A stretch of DNA of 63,997 bases, the filler included, from Reticulomyxa filosa (Eukaryota; Protista; Foraminifera): NCBI GenBank assembly GCA_000512085.1. It is 19 parts of 19 records of this genome, joined end to end, with 100 filler letters (N's around TTAATTAATTAA, not from the genome) between each part and the next. Parts side by side here need not be neighbours in the genome. Positions count along the whole stretch, not along the records: positions 46,906 to 53,813 come from ASPP01009730.1; positions 53,914 to 56,107 come from ASPP01008932.1; positions 56,208 to 61,492 come from ASPP01015318.1; positions 61,593 to 62,897 come from ASPP01015577.1; 15 more parts are not named here. The stretch is one strand, 5' to 3'. Of this stretch, positions 51,017-62,186 are shown in pieces. Position 1 is the first letter of the stretch. Each line of letters opens with the position of its first letter. The translations under genes and the position numbers were made by a program. Below the pieces are notes generated by a model that was not told the origin of the DNA, searched no databases, and worked only from the letters and a program-made list of their open reading frames with translations.

Positions 51017-52752
51017 AAGAAAAATGATTTAAACAAATAATGCACCTCTTTTTTGCTTATAATAAAGTTCATCTTTTAGATTCCTCAAAAGACTTTGATG
51101 TGTTTCACTCAACAAAAAAAAGCAATATCAACAAACAGTAATCTAATATCTATTTTACCATTCGCCAATTCTAAAGCATTGAAAATAGAAGGCCACAATC
51201 TATAAAAAATTATGGCACACGCACAATTTTTTTAAATTTTTTCACTATTTACAGTAGATTGAAGAAACTGAGCACTAAAATATTATACTATTAAGATGAT
51301 TTTCTCTAAAAAAATTTGTTTTTTGCAAACTTTTACTTGATTTTCATTGCTTTTTTCCATTATATTTGCTTTTAATGTATTACACTAAATTATTTTTTAT
51401 TGCTTTTTAAAGATCGGACTTTACATTGTAATTTTTAATGTAATTATGTTGATTTATCACTTAAGCCCACTTGATGTGAGTGTACATCTGCGTAATCAAA
51501 AAGAAAAAAACAAACAATTTCATATACTTTTTTGTGCAGTATTTTTGATTATACTTAAGATTTTATGGTACAAATACAAGTAATGTTTATAGTTAATATG
51601 ACACAAACATTAATTGTTAATTTAATACTTCTTGTTATTATTTGTGTTGTGATAGTTGATTGTTGTTTTGTAAATGCTGTACTATGTGTAACAAGAAAGG
51701 TTATATTTATGTATAAAACAATTAATGTTAATTCAATAGTTATTATATATAAAAAGTTAAATTTAATGTTCACTTAAATTTAATGACAATAAATATGTAA
51801 TCAAAATGTAGCAAATATTGCATTTGTAGCAATAATTACGACGTCATTGCATCAACAAAGTTAGTTAATGATTGGCTAAATCACTTTATAAGTGAATATT
51901 CTTTTGATGTAATGCTTACGGATTGCGTTTTTACTAAAAAATAACATGTTTTAGATATTTGTTCACAAATTATTGTTATTTTGTTAAAAGGTATCAAAAT
52001 TCTATACAAGTTAGATGCTATTTTTTTGTCTACATACTTGGAACTTCGTTTCGATATCGATATGTCTGCTTTCTTACTCGCAAATGTTTCTGTTAATTTA
52101 TCTTAACTATATTGTGGCTACTATTTCTTTTTATCATTATATTATGATGTTAAAATGAAATATTGACGCCAAGAATCTTAGTCAAAAAATTCATAATCAA
52201 CTTTGGTCGTATCATTTTGCAAATGTCATAAACTAAAAAAATTTCTGTTTTGGCAACATTTAACACAAAAAGTGAAAGCTAGCTAATATTCGTTCTCCAT
52301 TCAAAGTTAAGATGTGATAAAAAACTAACTACAGCCTCAAAAAAAGTTGAAAGGATAAAGTAAAAAAAGATAATTTGTGTTTCCATTTGTCCTGATACAT
52401 GATCATCGCTTCAAAATATAATAATGTTGACGAAAGGTTATGTAAATGAGATCCTAAAAAAGGCAAATGCTTGGCTATAACTTTGAGATATCACATACTA
52501 TATACGAAAAAGAAAAAGTAATCTCATTTTTGTCATCTTTACGGAGAATGACCGTAAACAATTTATTATTGAGTATGAAATTGACCATTATCAAGCTATA
52601 ATTTGCAATATGCTTGACTATTCGATACTGACAATAATTCAAAAAGATAAAGGTAATTTTTCATTTTCAGTACTGTTATATTTTTAATTGGTCAGAGTTG
52701 GAGCCAAAGTTTTTTTAAAAAGGGATTTTATCAATATAGGTTGTCATCAACA

Positions 52753-53260
52753 ATGAGCACTAATGAGCACTTGCCTCGCAAAGATTTCAAAGTTGGAGAT
52801 TATGTAGTAAGGAAAAATAAATTGGGAAAAATAATAGAAGTTCACTGGGACATGCACCCGCCTTCGTTTACAGTTAAAATGGAGGAATCGGACGATTTGG
52901 TGAACACGGAACAAAGCGCCATCCGACATGCAAACAAAGATGAAATACCGCGTCAAAACAAGCCAATTGTTTAGAAGAGGAAAAGAAGACCCATACAAAT
53001 ATATATAATGTGTGTAAAAAACAAAAGAGGATTTTGAAAAGCAGCGAGCAAGATTTGAATGTGTATTGGGGGGGGAACATTAGGCATGGGCGTGCACAGC
53101 CTGTACGTATCACAATACAAACATGGATAGCAAAGAATGTGAGCTGTGCACAGAAAAGCGTACTAGCTTTGAGATATTGATATACGAGAATGAAAGAGAA
53201 GAAGAACTAATGTTAATGGACATTGACGACCGACAAAAGACAAGTAGCAGTGAGAGTGAC

Positions 53261-53297
<37 letters not shown>

Positions 53298-53728
53298 GTA
53301 ATAACAATAATAATAACAATAATGGTAATAATAACAGTACCAACAATGATAACAGCAATAATAATAACAGTACCAACAATGATAACAGCAATAACAATAA
53401 CAACAATAATAACAATAATAATAACGATAATACAAATAACGACAACGATGAGAAGATGGCAATAGCATTATCGATGACAGAAAGCAAAGATGACAAAGAA
53501 GCAACGACAAAACAAGAAGTAAGGTTTATGACATACAATGTATGGTTCGATGAGGAGTGTTGTGTATTGGAGAGGATACAAAAGATTGGCGAAATGATAG
53601 ACTTGTACAAGCCGGACGCTGTTGCTTTGCAAGAGGTCACTCCATTAATTTTGGATATTATCCGTAGCAGCGACTGGTATATCAAAGATCGTTGGACCAA
53701 TACCGTTACTTCACTGCAGGAACATTCG
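52753..53728 (+). CDS. TDP2: TDP2-like EEP phosphodiesterase with an N-terminal SH3-like domain, RanBP2/NZF finger and UIM (3' partial)
   Basis: Intron 52969-53083; WACTACTYHN..CELC; DEKMAIALSMTES; RFMTYNVWF..ERIQKIG..PDAVALQEVTP. Confidence 0.75.
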
Positions 53729-53775
53729 GTACGAAGAAAACAAAAGGAATTGATTTGCATTAATATATACATATA

Positions 53776-53810
<35 letters not shown>

Positions 53811-54026
53811 ATANNNNNNNNNNNNNNNNNNNNNNNNNNNNNNNNNNNNNNNNNNNNTTAATTAATTAANNNNNNNNNNNNNNNNNNNNNNNNNNNNNNN
53901 NNNNNNNNNNNNNCAACAACAACAAAACCATTGCTGTTAATACAATTTAAACCTAATTTGTACTTGGTAACATGACAGTATTACCCAAATTCAAACAAGA
54001 ACTGGGGAATAAGAAATTCCGGCACA

Positions 54027-54462
54027 ATGTCTCATACAAACGGGAATTCACAAAATCGTAGTGAGAGAAACACATCGTCAATGACTCCAAATGGTAACCG
54101 TCCTTGCTACAATATTGTTGTGAGAAACTTGCCAGATCATTACAATGTAGACCATTTGATAAAGTTGTTCGCTACTTATGGCCCAATTCAGTCTGTCAAT
54201 ATTCAAAAAGCGCAACATGGCAATGGAGGCTCTGAGCAAGCTGGGCCTTCTTATGGAATTGTTCTTATTTCTTTGGGAGGATGCCAAAAATGTTAGAACT
54301 TTTTATTTCAACCATACAAAGGACTTTTTTCATGTTGTATTTTTGCACGCTAAAATTTGGAATATAATATAAATCTTATTTTGCTGGGGATGGGTACAGG
54401 CAGTGGAAAAGACACATCACAAACAAGTTGGAAACTGTGTATTGGAAGTCACATGGCAATAA
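54027..54462 (+). CDS. Single-RRM RNA-binding protein (one frameshift near 54260, intron ~54292-54399)
   Basis: RNP2 IVVRNLP, LFATYGPIQSV, RNP1-like SYGIV, WEDAKN|AVEKTHHKQVGNCVLEVTWQ*. Confidence 0.7.
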
Positions 54463-55299
54463 AAAATAAAAAACTTATCATTTTTCTCTTATTATGGCTT
54501 CGTCTCGTGTTACGCTTTATTGAGATGCTATCACCGTGAATTTTTTTAGGTTCCAAACAAAACATTCAAGAAAAAAACTCTTTTGATTTCTTTTTTTCAT
54601 TTGAGTCACAACAAAGAGGACAGAAAAATATTAATTAAAAAAACCACACAACATCATTGGGCAGTGAATCTGTTAGTTGCTGTCTTTTTTCTGAATTTGT
54701 GTTAATTTTTTTGTTGTTCGTTTGTTTGGTTTTTAAATTGACATTTATTTTGGCGAATTTTTGTGTTGAAAAAAAGTTTTTTTTGTTGTGTTTTAATCTT
54801 GAGTAGTTCATCTTATTCAAATTTGTCTCCCACACAATTATTCAAAAATTTTGGAAGTATCCCCCCCCCCAAAAAAAATTACAATAAGCTAAATTGTTAT
54901 TGTTTTATTTAAAATGTTTTTTTTTATGTGTAACATTATTTGCATTTTTGAATGCAAATATGACCAAAATATTTTTTTGCATTTTAATCATGTTGCAATG
55001 CTAGTTTTACATTATCCATCAAATAGTAGAAACATTGAAAAAATATCAACATACTTGACAACGCAAACAAAAATATTTGAAGAAATGCTGCTCACTTTCA
55101 AATTTTTTAGAAACTATTGTAGTATAAACGACCAGTAGAGTCACAATTGACTCTAAAGTTGCATCAACGTTTTTCTGGCAACATTGCGATCATTTTCTAT
55201 TTTAGCTTTTTGGTTTTCATAGCTTATGCTTTCTACGTTTGGCACCCACTGTTTATGCCAGCAAGTCATAAAAAAACAATTAGTTATGTTTTAATCCAA

Positions 55300-55950
55300 G
55301 CATGTTAGTGCTTCGAGCTGGTCTAAGAGTCATTTGAAGTTGCGACCAGACCTAGTATTAATGCAAGACTTGACAGCATAAATGGAAGCATTCAATGTAT
55401 ATCAAAAGGCCTACTGACAACAGCATTTCTAACGACGATCAACAGCAATCACCTGATTCAAGCGCAAAGTATAGAAGCGGACCTAGAAGCAGTATGGATA
55501 GACAATGCAGAAGTGTATAATTTTTTAGTGACAGCATCGAGTAAATAATGTATTGATATCTGGAAGCCAGTAAGCGGGAGTATAAATAACGCATTTTGGA
55601 GAAATACACTTTTCCAGGAGGTCACATGCCAAACGGGAGGATTTTGAATGTTGATCATTTGCTTGTGAGATTGGATACATTGAACGTAATAATTGGTCTG
55701 TTGTGTAAGTTGAACTCTCACAAAGTGGTCGTAGTGGAATTGACAAGCAAGCTGAACGAGTGATGTTTAGCAAATGACGTGATCTTGAAAGTAGCAAATT
55801 TACTAATGTTGATAGAATACAATAGTACGATTTAAATTATTATGCATTTATATTTGCACTGTTTGATATATTGGAGCGGAAATTTCCGCGACCAAGTCGT
55901 TGTTTATAAACTGACGATTATATAGTATTTGACAGCAACTCGACGTGATG
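55300..55950 (+). mobile_element. Decayed APE-type endonuclease of a non-LTR retrotransposon
   Basis: RPDLVLMQD, RSTAI, LEAVWID and a frameshifted GG..NVDH remnant of the GDFN motif, with stops. Confidence 0.55.
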
Positions 55951-55957
55951 ACTAAGC

Positions 55958-56107
55958 TACAGTAAGTTGTAAAGAAAACTAGATGCCTAAAACATATCTT
56001 ATAATGATAATTGATTTTATCAATAAAAAATCAACATTTAGACCTAATTTTTTTTTTTAAAATATCTACAAGTCTTGTAGTTTTTAAATATGATATTGAT
56101 TTTTTAA
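55958..56107 (+). mobile_element. Tc1/mariner-like TIR element terminus (copy 3)
   Basis: TA|CAGTAAGTTGTAAAGAAAACTAGATGCCTAAAACATATCTTATAATGATA.. Confidence 0.78.
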
Positions 56108-56241
56108 NNNNNNNNNNNNNNNNNNNNNNNNNNNNNNNNNNNNNNNNNNNNTTAATTAATTAANNNNNNNNNNNNNNNNNNNNNNNNNNNNNNNNNNNNN
56201 NNNNNNNTTAAAAAAAAAAAAAAAAAAAAAAAAATTCAAAC

Positions 56242-56751
56242 TTGTTTCAATTGTCGGGAAATTTGTGCTGCTAAATGACGATAGTGCAATGCCATTGCGT
56301 CTGTTTCCTCCAACAGTAATCCGATTGGGGCGAGACATTCTTCTCCGCAAGGACCGATAGTGTAAAAACCATAGCCTTCGAAAGAGGCAATTCGGGATTG
56401 AATGTGCAGACAGTGCGTAATCAACGCGCTATCAAATAGCAACAGGTAATCTTCTTTTGATACACCCGCGCTTGATAGGCTTGTGTATTCCCTTTGCGCT
56501 TCTGTCTTTAGTGTCAATGGTTGACATGCCTTGTTCTTCAGCTGAGACACCAGCTTTTCAAATTGCGTCACTTCGTTCATCTTTCGGTAGTCTTCGCTTT
56601 TATACAGGTGCGCGTACGGATCTGTTGACGCTGCCTTGTTTCCTGCAGTTGCTAACTTGCGCCATGACAGGGTCACAGTTTTATGGCGAGTACTCAACCA
56701 TTTGCAACGAGCATGTCTATATGGTCTTTGCAAAAATTTGACAAGCGACAT
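56242..56751 (-). CDS. First exon of a mitochondrial 2-oxoacid (probably branched-chain) dehydrogenase E1 of the bacterial fused alpha-beta type
   Basis: Arg/Lys-rich presequence; LFDSALITHCLHIQSRIASFEGYGFYTIGPCGEE..TDAMALHYRH. Confidence 0.72.
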
Positions 56752-57082
56752 TTGACCAATCTTGTCGTGTCTTTCGTTTGTCAAATATTTTTTTTTTTGA
56801 AAAGAACGTTTCAAAAAAAAAACGTTAATGTTTTAACATTGGTTATCCTTATTGTAAATTGTAGCACAAAATTAACTTTTTCATAAGAATTTGTTTTGGA
56901 AAATGCTTGGCTTTTTTCTTTAAAAGTAAAGATTTACATTACTTATCTAAAACTCTTTTGAATAAACCTACTTGGTGTTTAATTAATTTTTTTTACAGGC
57001 CATTTCTTCAAGAGCAAGGAATGTATATATTTTTTATTCTAAAAAAAAAATAAGCAAAAACAGATTAAAAAAAAATATTGCA

Positions 57083-58299
57083 TTATCCCCATAATCGAAC
57101 TGTCTGATCAGCAGAAGCTGACACAATACTGTTTCCATCAGGTGAAAAACTAATCCTTGCTATACTGTTAGTATGTCCTTCCAACCTCTGTATTTCCTGT
57201 CCTGTTTTTACGTCCCACCATCGGATTGTTTTATCTCGTGAGCACGAGATGACAGTTTGGCCATCCAATGAAAAGTGTCCATCCCTTGCCCAATTGGAAT
57301 GGCCTTGAAGAGTTTGGACTGTTTTACCAGTGAGTATATCCCATATTCGAATTGTATTATCATTTGAACAAGATACAACAAAAAGACCATTTGGAGAAAA
57401 TGTTGTTCGAATAACATAATCAGAATGTCCAACCAAACGATGAATCCTTTCTCCAGTTTTCATATCCCATATTCCAATTGTTCTGTCATAAGAGGAAGAT
57501 ACAACACGTTGTCCATCAGGTGAAAATTGCACATCATTTATGAAATCGGAATGTCCTTCTATTTTTTTCGTCTGTTGTCCCGATTGCACATCCCACAATC
57601 GAATTGTTTTATCCCATGAGCCAGACAAAATAGTTTGTCCATTGGGTGAAAATTGAGCTCTTGTCACAATGCGGGTATGTCCTTCCAACTTTTTAATTTC
57701 CTCTCCAGAATTGGCATTCCACAATCGAATTGTTTTATCATCTGAACATGATATAATTGTATTTCCATCTGGTGAAAATTCTGCATTAAACACCAATTTG
57801 GAATGTCCTCTTAATATCTTCACAATATGTAGTGACTCAATAATATCCCATATATAAACTGATGATCCCACTGAGGCCACAATTTTGCTTCCATCGGGTG
57901 AAAATCCCGTACTTATCACTCCATATCGACATTCTTTGTACACTTTCAATTGCTTAAAATACTTGGTCTGTGTGCAAATGTTATATTCCTACAATACACC
58001 ATACAAAAAAAAAAACAAAACAAAAAAAACAAAACACAAAATAAAAACAAAAAAACATTTGCAAACGAAACAAATCTTGCAATGATTTTGTTGAAATCAT
58101 AAATCCATCCGCGATTGATCGACAAAGATCGGACCCAATTGTCTACAATTAAATTGGTCTCTTCTTCGCTCTATTCATGTCAAACATAAACACTTTATCA
58201 AACATTTAGCATTCCTTTACTTCATCCAAACACCATTACCGAATATGAACATGCTACATCTTGCATGCCATTCTTTTCAATGACACTTTGAGAACTCAT
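57083..58299 (-). CDS. Intact WD40-repeat protein (7 blades, 3 exons) with the N-terminal linker module
   Basis: MSSQSV..|SEEETNLIVDNWVRSLSINRGWIYDFNKIIARF|TKYFKQLK..; repeated GHxxxVxxxxFSPDGxxIxSxSxDxTIRLWD. Confidence 0.92.
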
Positions 58300-59736
58300 C
58301 ACAACAGCCAAGTCCAATTTTACCTAACACAGTGACAATTGCGATAGACTCGTTCTGTAAGAGACCATGATCCAACAAAAGACTGTCAACTTTCTTTTGC
58401 TCTTCTTATGTCAAAAGGAACGAACAATAGTAATTCTTTTTATGACCGTTATCAAGTTTGTTACTAATTTAAGAGGAATGAAACACTTTTATAACGAATA
58501 CATAAACAAAATTAATTGCTCTTAATTTCGTTTCGCATACAAGATTATATTTTTGGTACCAATGAGCGGATTTTGTATGTTGCTAAAGAAAAACTCTTAC
58601 GTTCAATCACTACAGAAGGCCTCAATTTGAGTCGAGTTATATTAAAAGAGCAACGGTGTTTATTCAAATTTACACTAAAATAATTGTCGATTCTTGCAAA
58701 TCATTTTTTACTTTTTTTCCACTCAAATTTATCGCTATGTATTTATCCTTCTTTCTTCACCCTTGTCGCTGTTACCTGAATTTTGCTTCTGTCACTTTTG
58801 CGGTTTGTATTTTTTAATATTCAACAACATTAACATACTTGACACGCGAGTGAAACAACACTAGCAAGAGTTCTTAAAAAGGGGTTGGTTCCATTTTTTT
58901 TTTTTTTTCTTTCAATGTTGCTACTTTGCGACACGGTGCAAAGTCATATGCTCTTGTATTGAAGATGAAGAGATAAAAATCTAGCATTTTGTTCTTCTTA
59001 TGGTTTTTTGCGCTGCTTTCTTGTATATGAATAACTTTAAAAGAAAAAATGATTCAAAAAGTTAATTTTTGTTTGTTTGCAAACAAGCCTTGATTTATTA
59101 TTAAAATGTAACGTGTTTGTGCATTGTTTGAAACAATAGGACATTGAACCAGATTATTTAATCACGAAACTACGCACTTAGTGATAAAAAAAAGTTCATT
59201 AACATAAAGATTGTGTGATTTATCTTTAAACTTTTTTTTAATAAGTACTTTATTGTTCAATTTATAATTCAGAGAACATCCAAAAAATATTCTCTTTGAA
59301 TGTTTGTGTGCGACTTGGCGTAGTTATGTTCCAAAACCGCTGAGCTTTTTTCGCCTTTGTGTGCATTCACAGAATTCAAAAAAATCACCAATTGAAATTG
59401 TTTCTCTTTTTGCAGTATCCGTGAAATTACCCTTAAAATTATTGTGTTGCAACAACAGAACAATTTTTTGGTGGAAATTGTTGATGTTACATCTATTTTG
59501 ATAATAACAGCAACTGTAAAGTTTTGTCAATTTTTTGTGAGACGCTTCATTTTTGATATCATTGTCTCAACAATATGAATATTGCAATGTACATATTGAA
59601 TTACATTTCCACTGTTTTATTCGATGTATAGCGAAAGAATTTGTCACTCGTTGTTTGCCTAGGACACTCTAAAAAAAAACTACTACTACTAAAATTGATG
59701 GAAAGAAAGAGGAAATTGGTAGGTACTTTGAAGTAG

Positions 59737-61451
59737 ATGGACGAGAGACGTCATTGTGAGGAAGAGTTAAAATTTGAAGAGAAAGGAGAAGAGAAAAGAA
59801 ACCTAGCCAACGCAATTGGAGTAACAGAAGAAGAGACCAAACAAAAGTTGAAAGAGTGTTACAAATCCCAAGATGAACTGGCTCCATTAGTAGACGATGT
59901 GAGACAGCCAATTTGCACTTGCTATATTCGATTGTTGCTTTTACCTCAGCAAATATTTGAAGAAAGAAAAAAAGACTTAATAAAAAATAAAACGAGGAAT
60001 ATCAAAAAAGAGCAAGAAAAGAGAGAGCAAGATGAAGCACAAAAAGAAGAAGAAGAAGAAGAAGAGAGTGAAAAGTGGTCAAACGTATTGGATGATGTAT
60101 TGATGCATAATAACAATGGACAAGGAGCAATAGAAGTGCAAGACCTATGGAATATGAAAAAAACAGATAATTTGGAAGTACGTCATATTAGTATCCATGG
60201 CGAAGCAGGAATGGGCAAGAGTACATTAACTCAAAGGATTGTCTATTTATGGGCCAATGATCAACTGTGGAACAATCGATTTGAATGGCTGTTGCGAATT
60301 TCTTTGAAAAGTATTGTTGATATTTTCGACAACAAAACTGGAAGAAAAAAAAAAGACAGAAAAAGTCAATGGTCAAAAATAATGAAAGAAATGGGTGTGC
60401 TGAAATGGGATAAAAATGACACCAATGTATTGTATTCAAAGAATGGTTTGTTGTTGTTGGATGGATTTGATGAAATTGTGAATGAGTTGAACAAAAATCC
60501 AGAGTTGCAAACATGGTTGCAAGAATGCATGGACAGCAAACACAAAAACAGATGGGTGATCATGACAAGTCGTCGTAATTCGGAGTGTCCCTATTTGGAT
60601 TGCAATGCAGAGAAGTTCCACGTCGTTGGCTTTCAGACGCAAGATATTCAAAAGTATGTCCGCGCATATTTTCAAAATGTGGCAACTGTCGTCGATCATC
60701 ACTACGATCATCAAAGTGAGGCGGAATTATTGATTCAAACATTGCATACAAATCAGAGTCTGAGCATATTGAGTCATATTCCATATTACTTACGTTTTTT
60801 TTGTTATCTAACAAGACAAAAAAAAGGGGCAATGGAAAAGAAGAATGGAGAAACAAACGACCTGGACAACATATCCATATCAAAGCTATTTGAAGTGTTG
60901 GTACAGTGTTATATGCAATGGGACCAACATGGAGCCACTTCCATAATTCCGAGGAGCTCCAAGAACACATTTCTTAAGTTTAAAATGGAAATGGACTACC
61001 TGTCCAACTTGGCCTGGGAGGGATTGAAAGCCGATCAAGCGGTCATTTCTTGCGACATGCAGCAACGAGTGATAGACAAGCTCAGCAACAAATACCACTT
61101 TCCCCAAAATATCGTCACATCATCGCAATGGTCCCACATCCGAGCTTTTCTCGTCCTTCAAGGACAAGTGTCACGTGCTGCACATCCAAGTGGCTCCGTC
61201 TATTTTCCTCATCTTCTCTTCCAAGAGTGGTTCGCCGCGTATTATCTGGTCCATTGTTTGTACGAGCCTGAGGCATCGGAAGGCATCGTCAGGCATGTTC
61301 AATCCTGGTTCATGCGCAACTCGCTCCAAAGTATACGTTGGTGATCACATTCATGGCCGGTATACTCTACAACTATATTGAACAAAAAAAAGATAAAAAT
61401 GGCTCCGGATTATTGTACTTTTGGAAATTGTTAGAGCCCTCCTCCTCTTCC

Positions 61452-61492
<41 letters not shown>
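59737..61492 (+). CDS. NACHT (STAND) NTPase protein, 3' partial, with a 1-bp frameshift near 61280
   Basis: Walker A GEAGMGKST, Walker B LLLLDGFDE, sensor IMTSR, winged-helix YFPHLLFQEWFAAYYL; continues in the shifted frame as HRQACSILVHAQLAPKYTLVITFMAG. Confidence 0.9.
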
Positions 61493-61592
61493 NNNNNNNN
61501 NNNNNNNNNNNNNNNNNNNNNNNNNNNNNNNNNNNNTTAATTAATTAANNNNNNNNNNNNNNNNNNNNNNNNNNNNNNNNNNNNNNNNNNNN

Positions 61593-62186
61593 GTGCATGG
61601 GGGGGGGGGAAAAAGGATGAAGAGTTGGAAAGTTTGGAGTCCGATGAATTCGAAACGATCAGAGCATGCAATGCTTGCCATAAATGGCAGCGACGGAAGC
61701 TCAAGTATGGTGGTGTGTTGTGGAGGCGATAACAATGGAATGTTTTTAAAGTCAACAGAAATGATAACGATTAGCAGCGACAGTGACTCCTCTAAGCAGT
61801 CTTGGAAACGAATGCCGCAAATGAAAGAGGCCAGGATTAAAGCATCGCTGGTGTACGACTCCAATAAACAGTACTTGTATTTCATTGGAGGAAACAATGG
61901 ATTCGGAAGTGTGCGCGGAGTGCAAAGGTTGGACATGGAAAAATGCCAAAAATGGGAGTTGCTGCAAGAAACGTTGTACGATCATGATGACTATCCTTAT
62001 GTGTGGATTGACTCACCTCAGAGTGGGTTGATTGGTGTTTGCGGCCATGACAAACAGTTTGGCTGTGTTGAGTATTTCGACAGTCGGTCCAATGAGTGGC
62101 TGGAGTTTGTTCAATATCCGACACAACCTCACGACAAGACCACTTCACAATCACACATTGTCAAAATGTGTGATTGGTTTTTTTGA
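61593..62186 (+). CDS. Kelch-repeat protein, C-terminal part
   Basis: SPMNSKRSEHA..VVCCGG..STE; WKRMPQMKEAR..LYFIGG..VQRLD..WE. Confidence 0.8.
   Translation: MHGGGGKRMKSWKVWSPMNSKRSEHAMLAINGSDGSSSMVVCCGGDNNGMFLKSTEMITISSDSDSSKQSWKRMPQMKEARIKASLVYDSNKQYLYFIGGNNGFGSVRGVQRLDMEKCQKWELLQETLYDHDDYPYVWIDSPQSGLIGVCGHDKQFGCVEYFDSRSNEWLEFVQYPTQPHDKTTSQSHIVKMCDWFF

Noticed and set aside
53110-53772. Poly-Leu, poly-Tyr/Cys and poly-Ile ORFs (similar ones at 39903-41150)
   Set aside because: Alternative-frame readings of (AAT/AAC)n asparagine and acidic runs
18045-61285. Single-base frameshifts (near 18046, 54260 and 61280; also ~14640) as programmed frameshifting
   Set aside because: They lie in or near short homopolymers with no shared slippery motif; sequencing indels or young pseudogenisation are simpler explanations
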